Source: Haliotis rufescens (Eukaryota). Taken from it: a stretch of DNA of 64,000 nt. The notes under the pieces are model-generated. The model was not told the origin of the DNA, did no database searches, and saw only the letters and a program-made list of their open reading frames with translations. Shown here piece after piece: positions 1-12,119 of this stretch. The stretch is taken from the NCBI RefSeq assembly GCF_023055435.1, contig NW_025964190.1:62001-126000 (forward strand). Reading direction: 5' to 3'. The position numbers and the translations under genes were made by a program. Numbering within the stretch: the first letter of the stretch is position 1; each line of letters starts with the position of its first letter.

Positions 1-1200
1 TCAAATTCCGAGTGGGGAGGGGATCAGACCACCATTCTTCACTTGTACAGATCATTAATACCTTCCAAACTAGACTATGGTTCCATTGTCTATGGTGGAG
101 CCTGCAAAAGCAATTTAGAAAAATTAGATACAATACACCATCAAGGCCTAAGACTCTGTCTCGGAGCTTTAAGGACCTCTCCCGTGAACAGTTTATATGT
201 GGAGGCCGATGAACCTTCCCTTGAACAGCGCCGCATTAAACTTTCACTGCAATATATTACTAAATTGCATTCAAATAAATCAAATCCAGCATACAATTGC
301 GTTTTCCACCCCCAATATGAAAAAGTAACTGAAATATGTCCACCACTTGGAATCAGAATTCAACCATACATCTAAAATAGATCTAAATATTATGTCATTC
401 TCCGGACTTCTGTCTTCTCCTCCCTGGCAGATGGTGAAGCCAGAAGTAGACCTCACTCTAACCCAGCTGAAAAAGTCTGAAACGAATCCTTTCGTATATC
501 AACAAGCATATAACCAATTACAGGTTCAAAATATAATTCTCACAGATCCATTTTTACAGACGGGTCCAATGATGGTGGGTTCTCCTCAAGAATCCCAAAT
601 AATAGTTCAATCTTCAGTGCTGATCTAAAAATTTCATCATCTTCTCTGGTTCGTTGTCTTGCCTTCATGCACTTTAAAGTGTCTCATCATATCACCCTAT
701 TATCCTAGACATTTTAGAACTATATAATGCGACATCATCTTTTGCTGGTTACCAAGTCATGTAGGCATAGCAGGTAACTCAAAAGCCGATGCTGCAGCTA
801 AAGCCGCTCTTGACAAACCCGTACAGAGATTTCAAACCAACCATCAAGATTTATACTCGGGATCTAATCCAAAAAGTGGGACAGCCAGGTAAGAATCAAT
901 AACTTTCACGAATTTAAACCAACAAAACGGTCAAACCTTCTTGAGGTGGTCAGTGAAGACATAATGAGGTCGTTTTACGACGATGTCGTATTGGCCACAG
1001 TCGGTTTACCCACGAATACTGCTTAAGTGTATCCCTTGTGATGAAAGGTTCACCGTCAAGCATATATTGCTTGACTGTGTGGACTTTGCAATCGCAAGGG
1101 ATTCACATTATCAAAGCTTAAAACTGAAAGATCTCTTTTCCTGTGTAAGCGAGCGTTAAATTTTCAGATATGTCAAAGAAATTGGTCTGTATAAAAATAA
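1..1200 (+). mobile_element. Degenerate non-LTR retrotransposon (I-group/Nimb-like LINE), 3' part of ORF2
   Basis: ORF 43-375 (YRSLIPSKLDYGSIVYG...LRLCLGALRTSPVNSLYVEA) matches the post-RT region of I-group LINEs. RNase H motif WLPSHVGIAGNSKADAAAK at ~745-800, RIGHSRFTH at ~985-1015 and TVKHILLDC at ~1050-1080. Many stops and frameshifts. Confidence 0.85.
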
Positions 1201-1888
1201 AAATAAATATGTATTGGGTTATTTAATTGCTTGTTTTCAAATTTGGTGTGGTGGTTTTATCAACAAAGATTATCGAAGGCTCTGTCCAGGAGGTTAAAGT
1301 ACCCTAAAATAATTGTTCCCCTGTGTGACACGTAATCCTATCATAATCGATGTAACTAACATCAACCACTATTTTAAGCCAACTCATTGCTGAATATATT
1401 CTAAGATTGTCTAAGATTGTGCACAGCCACCAGTGGCTAAAGTGATGACGTAATTCCTGCTGGGGTATCATGCAGGAAGCTGAGGTACTGTAAGTCCCCA
1501 TGATCCCCAGCGAGGTGGCCTAGCTTTGGTTACTGGTGGCCTATAGCCCGTGTTTTAAAGCTATATAAATGATATGGTTATGCCTTAATATGTTTTATAA
1601 ATTGTTTTTAAATATAACTTTGTATTCATGAATGAATTGTGTATTTATTACATAAAAGATCATAAAATGTTACTTTTTAATGTGTGACGTGGATAATCTT
1701 TTGTCACGCCACAGCTGAGGGAAGACCTTGCCCCCTCGACTGAACATCAATTGATATTGATTACATTTATATCTTTTACAGATAATAAATGCTTTTAAAC
1801 CATCTTCATCGCCTCAGTCCTCTAAATTACATCGTTGGCAAGGACCCGCGACAAGTTTGACACAGGATGCTTAGATATATGAGTCAAA

Positions 1889-2075
1889 TACAGTTATAAC
1901 TACGGTTATAACGAACTCAAATGGGCCACAAATTTTAGTTCGTTATAACCGTTGTTCGTTATAAGCATATATACAACATCTATACAGCAAATGGCCGGGA
2001 CCAAAAATTAAGTTCGTAATATGCGTCAGTTCGTAATAAGCGTGTTCGTTATAAACGAGAGTCAGAGTCAACTAT
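1889..2075. mobile_element. Probable short MITE remnant (TA-CAGT start, repeated GTTATAAC/TTCGTTATAA motifs)
   Basis: Starts TACAGT, as Tc1/mariner-type MITEs do, and has internal repeated motifs; the right end is degenerate. Confidence 0.35.
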
Positions 2076-2424
2076 GCCACGACTTGACTCTGCAACACGC
2101 AATATCTCCATAGGCCGACTTCAAACTGGAGAGTCACAGAGGTCAGTTGACCCCCGTCAAAATGTCAGCCAGAGGACAGTTTCACGTCTCGTTGTATGAT
2201 TTAAACATACCGTCCACGTACCGGCCGCCCACGAGTCACTACACCCGCCCAAGATCAGCATTTACATGATCTGACTGTCACGGCCGAACACACAGCTGCC
2301 AACGTGCCAGGACTGTGAAGGATATCCGCCCAGACTGTACGGAATCGTCTTCGCAAGGTTGGATTGAGAACCAGAAGACCTTACTTTGGCTAAGTCTTAC
2401 GACGTCATCAGCGCCTCCAACGCG

Positions 2425-2620
2425 TTCGTGGCCAAGTAGTCTAAGGCACCGCAATTCGTGGGTTCGAATCCCGTTTCGCCCCGATTATGTTTCTAGGTCA
2501 GCACCATACCCGTGCTCGTTGGTTACACCGAAGTGGTAAACGTCTGAGATCTGCATCACTTCGGGCTTTCCTCCCACATCAAGCAGACACGCCGTGATAT
2601 AACTGGAATACTGTTAAAAA
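2425..2620 (+). mobile_element. tRNA-derived SINE family C (partial)
   Basis: B box GGTTCGAATCC; body shared with copies at 33295 and 50460. Confidence 0.7.
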
Positions 2621-3290
2621 CTACGGTGTCATATTAGGTTAGACACCGGGCAACTAAAGACACCATAAGGATTTTATCAAGCCGAAAAGTTTACACTCTC
2701 TGGTATCCATATCACACGTGTCATGCCAAAATGAAAACTTGACAAATTACAACCGTACGTTGACGTTAAGGGTCAAAGGGAGCCTACTCTTCAAACCTTA
2801 GAGGCCAAACTTTGTTGAAAATTTAAACGATAATCTTTAACAATAAAGTCACGAACGTGATCTACAAAACAGATTAATGTCCTTGCACATCACAATTAAT
2901 GATAGTAAAACACAAAAAAGTGTCAAATAACGAATTTCGGTACCAGAATTTCCATATGAAATATGAGAGGTGGGTGTTTGAAAATCCAAAATGGCTGTTA
3001 CTGACGGTAAACGGTCTCATATTAGGTCAGTATCAACCATCTTGGATGAAATATGTTTCAAATGGAACTAATAGGGCATTAAAGCAACATCATATGCCAC
3101 ACCAAACCAGGATGTTGATTCAGGTGTCGTGGACATAAAAGAGCACATCATGGCCAACAAACACATTAGATCTGACAAACTGAATATCACAACAGCAGAA
3201 AGTATTTTCCTAAAAAACCCATCTAAAGCATTGGATAAGAATGACAAGAAGTAACATTAACGTTTTATTATGTTTTCTTTGGTATCTAGG

Positions 3291-4344
3291 CTATTTTCGC
3301 CGGAAAAGGTTTAAAAATCGGTTTCCAGCAATTTTGATTCCCTTTCTATATCTACTAAGTGTGGAAACATCTTCCTTCAGGAGACTCTCTCTTTCCTCAT
3401 CTCTAACATTCTGCGCTCTCACCTCCAGATGGGTTAAATACCGGTCCTCCGCTACTGTTTCTTCAACCTTTTTTCTTTCAGTCAGTACATGTGCGAGTTC
3501 TTCCTCAGCATCTTTGATTTGCTGAAAAAGTGAATCCCTCTCCGGACCATGGCTATTGCGTAACTGTGAAGCCATTTTGTACTTCTTTGACTTGATCTCC
3601 ATTCCCCTCCGCACCGTCGCTTCCAACTCTTTCTCGTTGTCTCTCCTGGATACATGATGGTCGGCCGGGTTATCGTGTATGTCCTTCGGCTGCCGCTTCA
3701 GATCTTCCATCTCTAGCTTCTGATGTTCTATCTGTTTCAAGTTTTCTTTTAGTTGATCCCTATAAGACTCCTTTTCTTCTCTGATCTTGTTTTCCATTTC
3801 TTCTCTCAGTTTTATCTTAATTTTCTTCCTCATCTTTTCTTCCTTCGTTTTCATCACAGCAACTGCGCTTTGAATCCGACGTTGCATAATTTCTTCAGCT
3901 TGCAAAAACATAGAGGAAGAAAAAGAAACTTTCCCCGTTCTTCTGTACCATTTCCTGAATACGCTGAAGGAGGAAAGTAACATCCTTTTCCCGAGCCTCT
4001 TCTCCACCTTTGTTCAATGGACACATAGCCGCCACCAACACTCTGCAGTATGTGCTTCAGTGTATCGGGAGCAGTTTCAAGATACTCCTTGACAGATTCT
4101 CCCTCACCAAGGTCATCTTTTCTCGGGAAGACGATTATCAAATATTTGTGCATTTGATCTCCTAATATATCATCAATTTCATCGAAGACTTTTTTATCTT
4201 CTTCTGTGAATCGCTGCGTTAAGGAAATCACTAATAAAAATGCGTGTGGCCCAGGAGCGGAGATGGCAATACATTTCTTTATTTCCTTATCAACGACGTC
4301 TCTTTCCATGTTGGTGTCAAACATCCCTGGTGTGTCGACAACTT
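3291..4344 (-). pseudogene. GIMAP/AIG1 pseudogene copy A (5'-truncated, frameshifted)
   Basis: Homology starts at VVDTPG (G3), so G1/G2 are missing. A frameshift near 4015 splits it into ORFs 3854-4324 and 3291-4007. Confidence 0.9.
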
Positions 4345-5128
4345 TTCAGCATATACGGTGTCTAACCTAATATGACACCGTATACAGCAACTAAAGACAC
4401 CATAACGAATTTATTATGCCAAAAAGTTTACACTATCTGGTATCCATATTACATGTGTCATGTCAAAATGAAAACTTGACACTAACCGTACGTTGACGTT
4501 AAGGGTCAAAGGGAGCCTACTCTTCAAACCTTAGAGGCCAAACCTTGTAGAAAATTTTAACGATAATCTTGATCAATAAAGTCACGAACGTGATCTAAAA
4601 AACAGATAAATGTCCTTGCACATCACAATTAATGATAGTAAAACACAAAACAGTGTCAAATAACGAATTTCAGAACCAGAATTTCCACGTGAAATATGAG
4701 AGGTGGGTGTTTAAAAATCCAAGATGGCTGTTACTGACGGTAAACGGTCTCATATTAGGTCAGTATCAAACATCTTCGATTTTTACTGACGGTATACGGG
4801 CTCATGTGGGGTCAGTAGTTCTGCTCTCTGATTGGTCAATCTCACTTTGAGGCATAATAATACGAAATATGTTACAAATGGAACTAATAGGGCATTAAAG
4901 CAACATCATATGCCACACCAAACCAGGATGTTGATTCAGGTGTCGTGGACATAAAAGAGCACATCATGGCCAACAAACACATTAGATCTGACAAACTGAA
5001 TATCACAACAGCAGAAAGTATTTTCCTAAAAAAACATCTTCCAATCTTTTACCTCAAAGCTAAAGCATTGGATAAGAATGACAAGAAGTAAATTTAACGT
5101 TTTCATAATGTTTTCATTGGTATCTAGG

Positions 5129-6348
5129 CTATTTTCGCCGGAAAAGGTTTAAAAATCGGTTTCCAGCAGTTTTGATTCCATTTCTATATCTACTAAGTGT
5201 GGAAACATCTTCCTTCAGTAGACTCTCTCTTTCCTCCTCTCTTACAATCTGCGCTCTCACCTCCAGCTGGGTTAAATACCGGTCCTCCGCAACTGTTTCT
5301 TCAGCCTTTTTTCTTTCAGTCAGTACATGTGCGAGTTCTTCCTCAGCATCTTTGATTTGCTGAAGAAGTGAATCCCTCTCCCGACCACAGCTGTTCGGTA
5401 ACTGTGAAGCCATTTTGTTCTTCATTGACTTAATGTCCATTTCCCTCTGCACCAACGCTTCCAACACTTTCTCGTTGTCTCTCCTGGATACATGATGGTC
5501 GGCCGGGTTATCGTGTATGTCCTTCGGCTGCCGCTTCAGATCTTCCATCTCTAGCTTCTGATGTTCTATCTGTTTCAAGTTTTCTTTTAGTTGATCCCTA
5601 TAAGACTCCCTTTCTTCTCTGATCTTGTTTTCCATTTCTTCTCTCAGTTTTATCCTAATTTCCTTTCTCATCTCTCCTTCCTTCGTTTTCATCACAGCAA
5701 CTGCGCTTTGAATCCAACATTGCATAATTTCTTCAGCTTGCAAAAACATAGAGGAGGAAAAGAAACTCTCCCTGTTCTTCTGTACCATTTCCTGAATACG
5801 CTGAAGGAGGAAAGTAACATCCTTTTCCCGAGCCTCTTCTCCACCTTTGTTATTGAAGGACACATAGCCGCCACCAACACTCCCCAGTATGTGCTTCAGT
5901 GTATCGGGAGCAGTTTCAAGATACTCCTTGACAGATTCTCCCTCGCCAAGGTCATCTTTTCTCGTGAAGACGATTATCAAATATTTGTGCATTTGATCTC
6001 CAAATATATCATCAATTTCATTGAAGACTTTTTTATCTTCTTCTGTGAATCGCTGCGTTAAGGAAATCACTAATAAGAATGCGTGTGGCCCGGGAGCGGA
6101 GATGGCAATACATTTCTTTATTTCCTTATCAACGACGTCTCTTTCCATGTTGGTGTCAAACATCCCTGGTGTGTCGACAACTTGGATGACGAGGCCGAAG
6201 GTCTCCCGGTTGGCATATTGGCTTACTTCTGTCACAGACTGGAACGATGAACTCGACTTGAAAACATTTTCATTCAAAATTGTGTTTGCTGTTGCACTTT
6301 TTCCCGATCCTGTTTTGCCCAAAAGTACAAGTCTCAAGACGTTTTGGC
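5129..6348 (-). CDS. GIMAP/AIG1-family GTPase copy B, exon 2 (ORF intact, splice acceptor mutated)
   Basis: G1 GKTGSGKS, G3 DTPG, PGPHAFLLV box, G4 TRKD, G5 FNNK and a long C-terminal coiled coil. Acceptor reads TTTTACAA|G instead of TTTTACAG|G. Confidence 0.85.
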
Positions 6349-6462
6349 TTGTAAAATAAGATAAATAATACCTAGTATCCTAAAAGTATTTACCTTCAAA
6401 AACTGGAATGGAAATTCTCAGCATTTACTAAGAAATACACAACCTACTTTATAATCTTTAAG

Positions 6463-6805
6463 ACCGCCTCCGTGGTCTAATGGTAGAGCGTCCGCCCGGA
6501 GAGCGGAAGGCCCGGGGTTCAATCCCCAGCCGCGTCATACCAAAAGACGTTAAAAGATGGTACTTGTTGTTACCTTGCCTGTCGCTCGACATTAAGGGGC
6601 TAAAACAAGGACTGGTCGGCTCGGAGTCAGTATACTGTGTCTGAGTGGGGTATCAATGTTAAACTGCTGTATGGTATCTCAGTGAGCTAGCACTATAAAT
6701 CGGCATCAGTCCGGACTAGTACAAGCAGCCACACACAAACATACACGTGAAAGCACGTCACTATATAAGTGCAATAATCTTGGACGCGACGTTTCACCTC
6801 ACCAC
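6463..6805 (+). mobile_element. tRNA-derived SINE family D (Meta-domain-like) in GIMAP intron
   Basis: A box TGGTCTAATGG, B box GGTTCAATCC, then GTCATACCAAAAGACG...GACTGGTCGGCTCGGAGTCAG. Copies at 16073, 25681, 36335-36500 (-) and 63505-63735 (-). Confidence 0.7.
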
Positions 6806-6827
6806 CTTATAATCTTCAATGATAGAA

Positions 6828-7082
6828 TGTGTTTGTTTGTTGTTTATCGCCGTACTCAGCAATATTCCAGCTATATGACGGCGGTCTGGAAATAATCGAG
6901 TCTGGACAAGACAATCAAGTGATTGGCAATGAGTATTGATCTGTGCATTTGGGAAACGATGACATGCATTACCCAAGTCAGCGAGCCTGACCACCAGTCA
7001 GTCGCCTCTTATGACAATCATAGTCACCTCTTACGGCAATCATGGGCTGAAGACCTATTTTAATCCGGATCTTCACGGGTCT
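6828..7082 (-). mobile_element. SINE-like family B (GTCGTAAGAGGCGAC hairpin, (CAAA)n tail)
   Basis: Homologous to many copies across the window, e.g. 28670-28932, 29371-29630, 36547-36790 and 49857-50128. Confidence 0.7.
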
Positions 7083-7193
7083 ATTTCAAGTGGCGAGGAC
7101 TATCGATAGTATCTGTTTATTACGAAACTTTGTTTCTGTTTTAGCAAAGTAAGACGGTGACGTTTCACTATTACAATATCCTCTTATTGAATA

Positions 7194-7351
7194 GGGCGGT
7201 CGGGTAGCCTAGTGGTTAAAGCGTTCGCTCGTCACGCCAAAGATCCGGGTTCGATTCCCGACATGGGTACAATGTGTGAAGCCCATTTCTGGTATCACCG
7301 GCCGTGATATTGCTGGAATATTGCCAACAGCGGCGTAAAACCATACTCACT
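7194..7351 (+). mobile_element. tRNA-derived SINE family A (~160 bp, (ACTC)n tail)
   Basis: A box TAGCCTAGTGG, B box GGTTCGATTCC; about 13 copies in the window. Confidence 0.85.
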
Positions 7352-7820
7352 ATTAATGAATATACCCAAAGCACAAGTCGTCCGGGTTTAATTTTGTCTG
7401 TTATCTTTCGAGGAGTAAATGACATAAGGTGTTGTGTTGTCTGTAGTGTTTTATCTAACTAGGCCTGGCTTAACGATAAGAGACCGCCATATTACAGACA
7501 AACAACTCATACGTAATGGTGATATTATTAATTTTACATTTAAAAGGAAACAATCAAACTGTACCTTTGGGTTTTTTTTCTGTTTAACGCCGCATTCAGC
7601 AATATTCCAGCCATATAATGATCTGTAAATAATCAATTCTGGACCAGACAATCTAGTGACTGACATGCATCAACCAAGTCAGCGAGCCTGACCACCTGAT
7701 CCCGTTAGTTGCACTTTAGGACAAGCATGGGTTCCCGAAGACCAATTCTAACCTGGATTTTCACTGGTATCAAATTGTACCTAATCTGCGCTGTGATTGA
7801 ACTGCTGCTGAGATATTTAC

Positions 7821-7875
7821 CTGGTAATGGTGGCTGTCTGCGTGGTTTAGGTACAGGGTTGACTAACGCTGCCAT
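7821..7875 (-). CDS. GIMAP copy B, coding exon 1 (MAALVNPVPKPRRQPPLP-G)
   Basis: ATG at 7875; donor CCAG|GTAAAT in phase 1, matching the phase-1 start of exon 2. Confidence 0.7.
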
Positions 7876-8211
7876 GCTGTCTGTGTCTCCGCTGTTCACC
7901 CTCAAGCCAACAGCAACGTCAGATTACGATCAAACTTAGTATCTAATCTACACAACTGCCATAGAATCATTCGTGACCAACTCGTGTTATTCCGAGACAA
8001 GCCAAATATTCTTGCAGGTTACGGAAAGGGCCTAGTGGTGACGAATGGATGCATTCGTGACCAACTCGTGTTATTCCGGGACAAGCCGAATCTTCTTGCA
8101 GGTAACGGAAAGGGGCGAGTGGTGACGAATGGTCATGATGATTGGTCAATCTCACTTTGAGGCATAATAATATGAAATATGTTACAAATGGAACTAATAG
8201 GGCATTAAAAG

Positions 8212-10837
8212 TGAAACAGAGTTAGTTTTTACACAAAAACTGATCAAAACCTAGAATGACGTTCGGGGAATTAGCCACGGGATCAACACACCTTCAAAGA
8301 CAAACAGAGAGAGGTTCTCAGGCAAAGCAGGAATTCTTTATTAAATGTTTTCATCATCATCAAGCATATAGACATAATCAGACAATCTTCATCATCACCA
8401 AACACAAAGACATAATCAGACAAATAATTAAGCAGTAATACAAAAACTGTTAAGATATTCGTTGTTATATAATAGTAGGCATGAGTTAATAAACAATTGC
8501 TTGTTATGTGATTTCACTTTGAGAACAATGCATTAACTTCAGAGACGTCTCAGTACCTATTCAAGTTACAGCCTAATATAACATTGATAAGATTACGTAA
8601 CACATTTATAATTAAAAATACCATTTGTAAAATAATAACAAAGTGTAAAGTGTAAGCTCTACTCATTGGATATTTATTTATATCATAGCAGTAAACATTT
8701 GATATAATGCAGACATTATAATCAACTCACATTAAATTACTCATTGATAATTACTCATAATGTTTGATATATATTTAAGGTACTCATAAATTACATCTGA
8801 ACAAAGTTCACAAAAAGCATTCATATGAAAGATTATAACAACACCTTTCTTGAACAATGACATGTCTAATAACTTATTCTACGTTAAATACGGTACATGT
8901 GACGTCATGAACTATAGCTGATTCAGATGTACACTTCAGAGTTAAATAGTGAATACAAGATTTAATACGGTAAATAATAATGGGACCCGCATTCAATGAC
9001 TGAATACACTATACTAAATTCTGAAAACAGCTATGCGCAAAATGGTTAAATACGGTACGTGCCGTCACTGCCGAGCGCTGGTGATTGCGCCGTTATGTAA
9101 CAATGAGAGGTGCCGCCTGTGCATGCCGCGCTATGCGGGCCGAGCTTATACAAATCACACAGACTGAATACCTTGTTTGAAACTTGAAATATATATGAAT
9201 TAAAACTGATTATTAGTGAACATATATTCTATTGTGAATGTTTATGGACCTTATTGGAGATTTCGCTAAAACAGAGAAATTGCTTGTGAACTGTAATTTA
9301 GAAATGGATATAAACACTGCGTTAGGAAAGCCTGTTTCATTATAACTATTCTACAACATAAAACTACTACGTTATCTGTAGCGTCCAAATCATGCTTAAA
9401 GTATAGTATCTGAGATATTCTACTCATCGTCCATTCATCTTACCGAATGGAAATAATATGCATCATTTGGAAAACATAAATTCATTAGGCATTGCTTAAT
9501 TTGCGTGCATTTATCTAGAACAAAAAGTTACGTTCAAGTATTGTAGTCTAGTGATATGCCCTCACAAAGTAGTTACCTAATAAGAAATATATTTTGGGCT
9601 ACAGATAAGAATAATATACTTTGCTGTGCTTGCACTGATCTGGTTTTGTATATAAAGAATATATTTGATGCATGAACATCGGATATAGGTTATATTCTAG
9701 AACCGTATTTATCAGGCATAAGAACGCAAACAAATATACATAACGTAAATGATATCGAGTAACTGGATAATGTTAATGCATATTGACACATTTAACGTTG
9801 TTGCATTATAAAACCACTCTACTAACGATACAGCGTACAATAAGGTAAATAACACGACACACATATGGATACTGGTCCTACCGATACACGGACAAATAAT
9901 TCATACATTATTATAATGCACTCTATTCACATTGAAACATGATAATTATGAAGTATCCACAACATCTGTGATTAATAATCATTTGCCTAGTAGTTTTAAC
10001 CCGATAAATAAACATGTGGGATACGAACGCTGATTGTGGAATAGTAATATTTCTACATCAGACGCACGCATATAAATTACTGTAGTTAATTTGTGTCAGA
10101 AAAACTTGAATGATATGCAGCTTAGATTCGAACGGCATTTCGAATACATAGAGTATAAGTTCATTGTTCAAGCAAGATATTCATACAAAATTAAAGACAA
10201 GTTTAAAAGACAATTTTAAGCAAAGTTCAACCTAAATGGCAAAGTAACAAGTAAAAGCGACTTACCTTCAAAGACAAACAGAGAGAGGTTCTCAGGCAAA
10301 GCAGGAATGACTAACAGTCGATTTCCCCCTATATTTATACCTGAGACCTCCTTTGTTAATCTGAAGGCAAGTCTACATGTGCATGTCCAGTTTGAAATTT
10401 GAGACTTTGGACTAATAAAGACTGGACATGTTATACAATTTTGTATAATGGTTTTGGGCTGTTAATAGCCAAAGCAGACGGTCAGTTTGGAGAGTTGAGT
10501 AATAGAAGATTATAAATGCCGATAGAATCACTCAGCTCATGTTTTGGTTTCGCGTTTTCAATTTTCTAGTTTGGTCAGTTGCCGCTAAATAGCTGATAAC
10601 GGTACACTGGCAAGTGCCGAACGCGCTGACCACTACCAGTTGTTATTCAAGATCTAATTAAAGTTTCGCCCACCGACCTGTTTGTGGCAGCGTAAATCTG
10701 AAGTGCCAGATGTTGTTATACAATTTCTTATTGCTAGTATGTACTGACAGGTCTTAAATGGTTAACCGACAACTTATAAATTGAAGGCGAATTTCACAAA
10801 AAGTTGAATAAAATATAGCAATTTTAGCACTGTTACA
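8212..10837 (-). mobile_element. 2,626-bp solo-LTR-like element with duplicated R-like sequence
   Basis: TG...CA ends with an imperfect inverted repeat (TGAAACAG/CTGTTACA). 4-bp TSD AAAG (8208-8211, 10838-10841); the empty site is visible in sister units (GGCATTAAAGCAAC). On the minus strand: TATAAATA at 10339-10332 and AATAAA at 8342-8337. Confidence 0.8.
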
Positions 10838-11070
10838 AAAGCAAGATCATGTGCCGAACCAAACCAGGATGTTGAATTAGGTGTCGTGGACATAAAAGAG
10901 CACATCATGGCCAACAAAGACATTAGATCTGACAAACTGAATATGACAACAGCAGTAAGTATTTTCCTAAAAAAATCATCTTCCAATCTATTACCTCAAA
11001 GTTAAAGCATTGGATAAGAACGAGAAGAAGTAAATTAAACGTTTTCATAATGTTTTCATTGGTATCTATG

Positions 11071-12119
11071 CTATTTTCGCCGGAATAAGTTTAAAAATCG
11101 GTTTCAAGCAGTTTTGATTCCATTTCCATATCTACCAAGTGTGGAAACATCTTCCTTCAGGAGACTCTCTCTTTCCTCCTCTCTAACAATCTGCACTCTC
11201 ACCTCCAACTGGGTTAAATACCTGTCTTCCGCTACTGTTTCTTCAACCTTTTTTCTTTCAGTCAATACATGTGCGAGTTCTTCCTCAGCATCTTTGATTT
11301 GCTGAAGAAGTGAATCCCTCTCCGACCATGGCTATTGCATAACTGTGAAGCCATTTTGTACTTCTTTGACTTGATCTCCATTCCCCTCTGCACCAATGCT
11401 TCCAACACTTTCTCGTTGTCTCTCCTGGATACATGATGGTCTGCCGGGTTATCGTGTATGTCCTTCGGCTGCCGCTTCAGATCTTCCATCTCTAGCTTCA
11501 GATGTTCTATCTGTTTCAAGTTTTCTTTTAGTTGATCCCTATAAGACTCCCTTTCTTCTCTGATCTTGTTTTCCATTTCTTCTCTCAGTTTTATCCTAAT
11601 TTCCTTCCTCATCTCTTCTTCCTTCGTTTTCATCACAGCAACTGTGCTTTGAATCCGACGTTGCATAATTTCTTCAGCTTGCAAAAACAAAGAGGAAGAA
11701 AAGAAACTTTCCCTGTTCTTCTGTACCATTTCCTGAATACACAGGAGGAAAGTAACATCCTTTTCCCGAGCCTCTTCTCCACCTTTGTTCAATGGACACA
11801 TAGCCGCCACCAACACTCCGCAGTATGTGCTTCAGTGTATCGGGAGCAGTTTCAAGATACTCCTTGACAGATTCTCCCTCGCCAAGGTCATCTTTTCTCG
11901 TGAAGACGATTATCAAATATTTGTGCATTTGATCTCCAAATATATCATCAATTTCATCGAAGACCTTTTTATCTCCTTCTGTGAATCGCTGCGTTAAGGA
12001 AATCACTAATAAGAATGCGTGTGGCCCGGGAGCGGAGATGGCAATACATTTCTTTATTTCCTTATCAACGACGTCTCTTTCCATGTTGGTGTCAAACATC
12101 CCTGGTGTGTCGACAACTT
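11071..12119 (-). pseudogene. GIMAP pseudogene copy C (5'-truncated, several frameshifts)
   Basis: Same truncation at VVDTPG; shares the YVSIEQRW frameshift with copy A. Confidence 0.9.

Noticed and set aside
5172-6359. Plus-strand ORFs overlapping GIMAP copies
   Set aside because: Antisense shadows of the GIMAP ORF; they recur only because the DNA is duplicated.
7194-7265. tRNA genes
   Set aside because: The tRNA-like heads run into a shared body and microsatellite tail, often with TSDs; they are SINEs.
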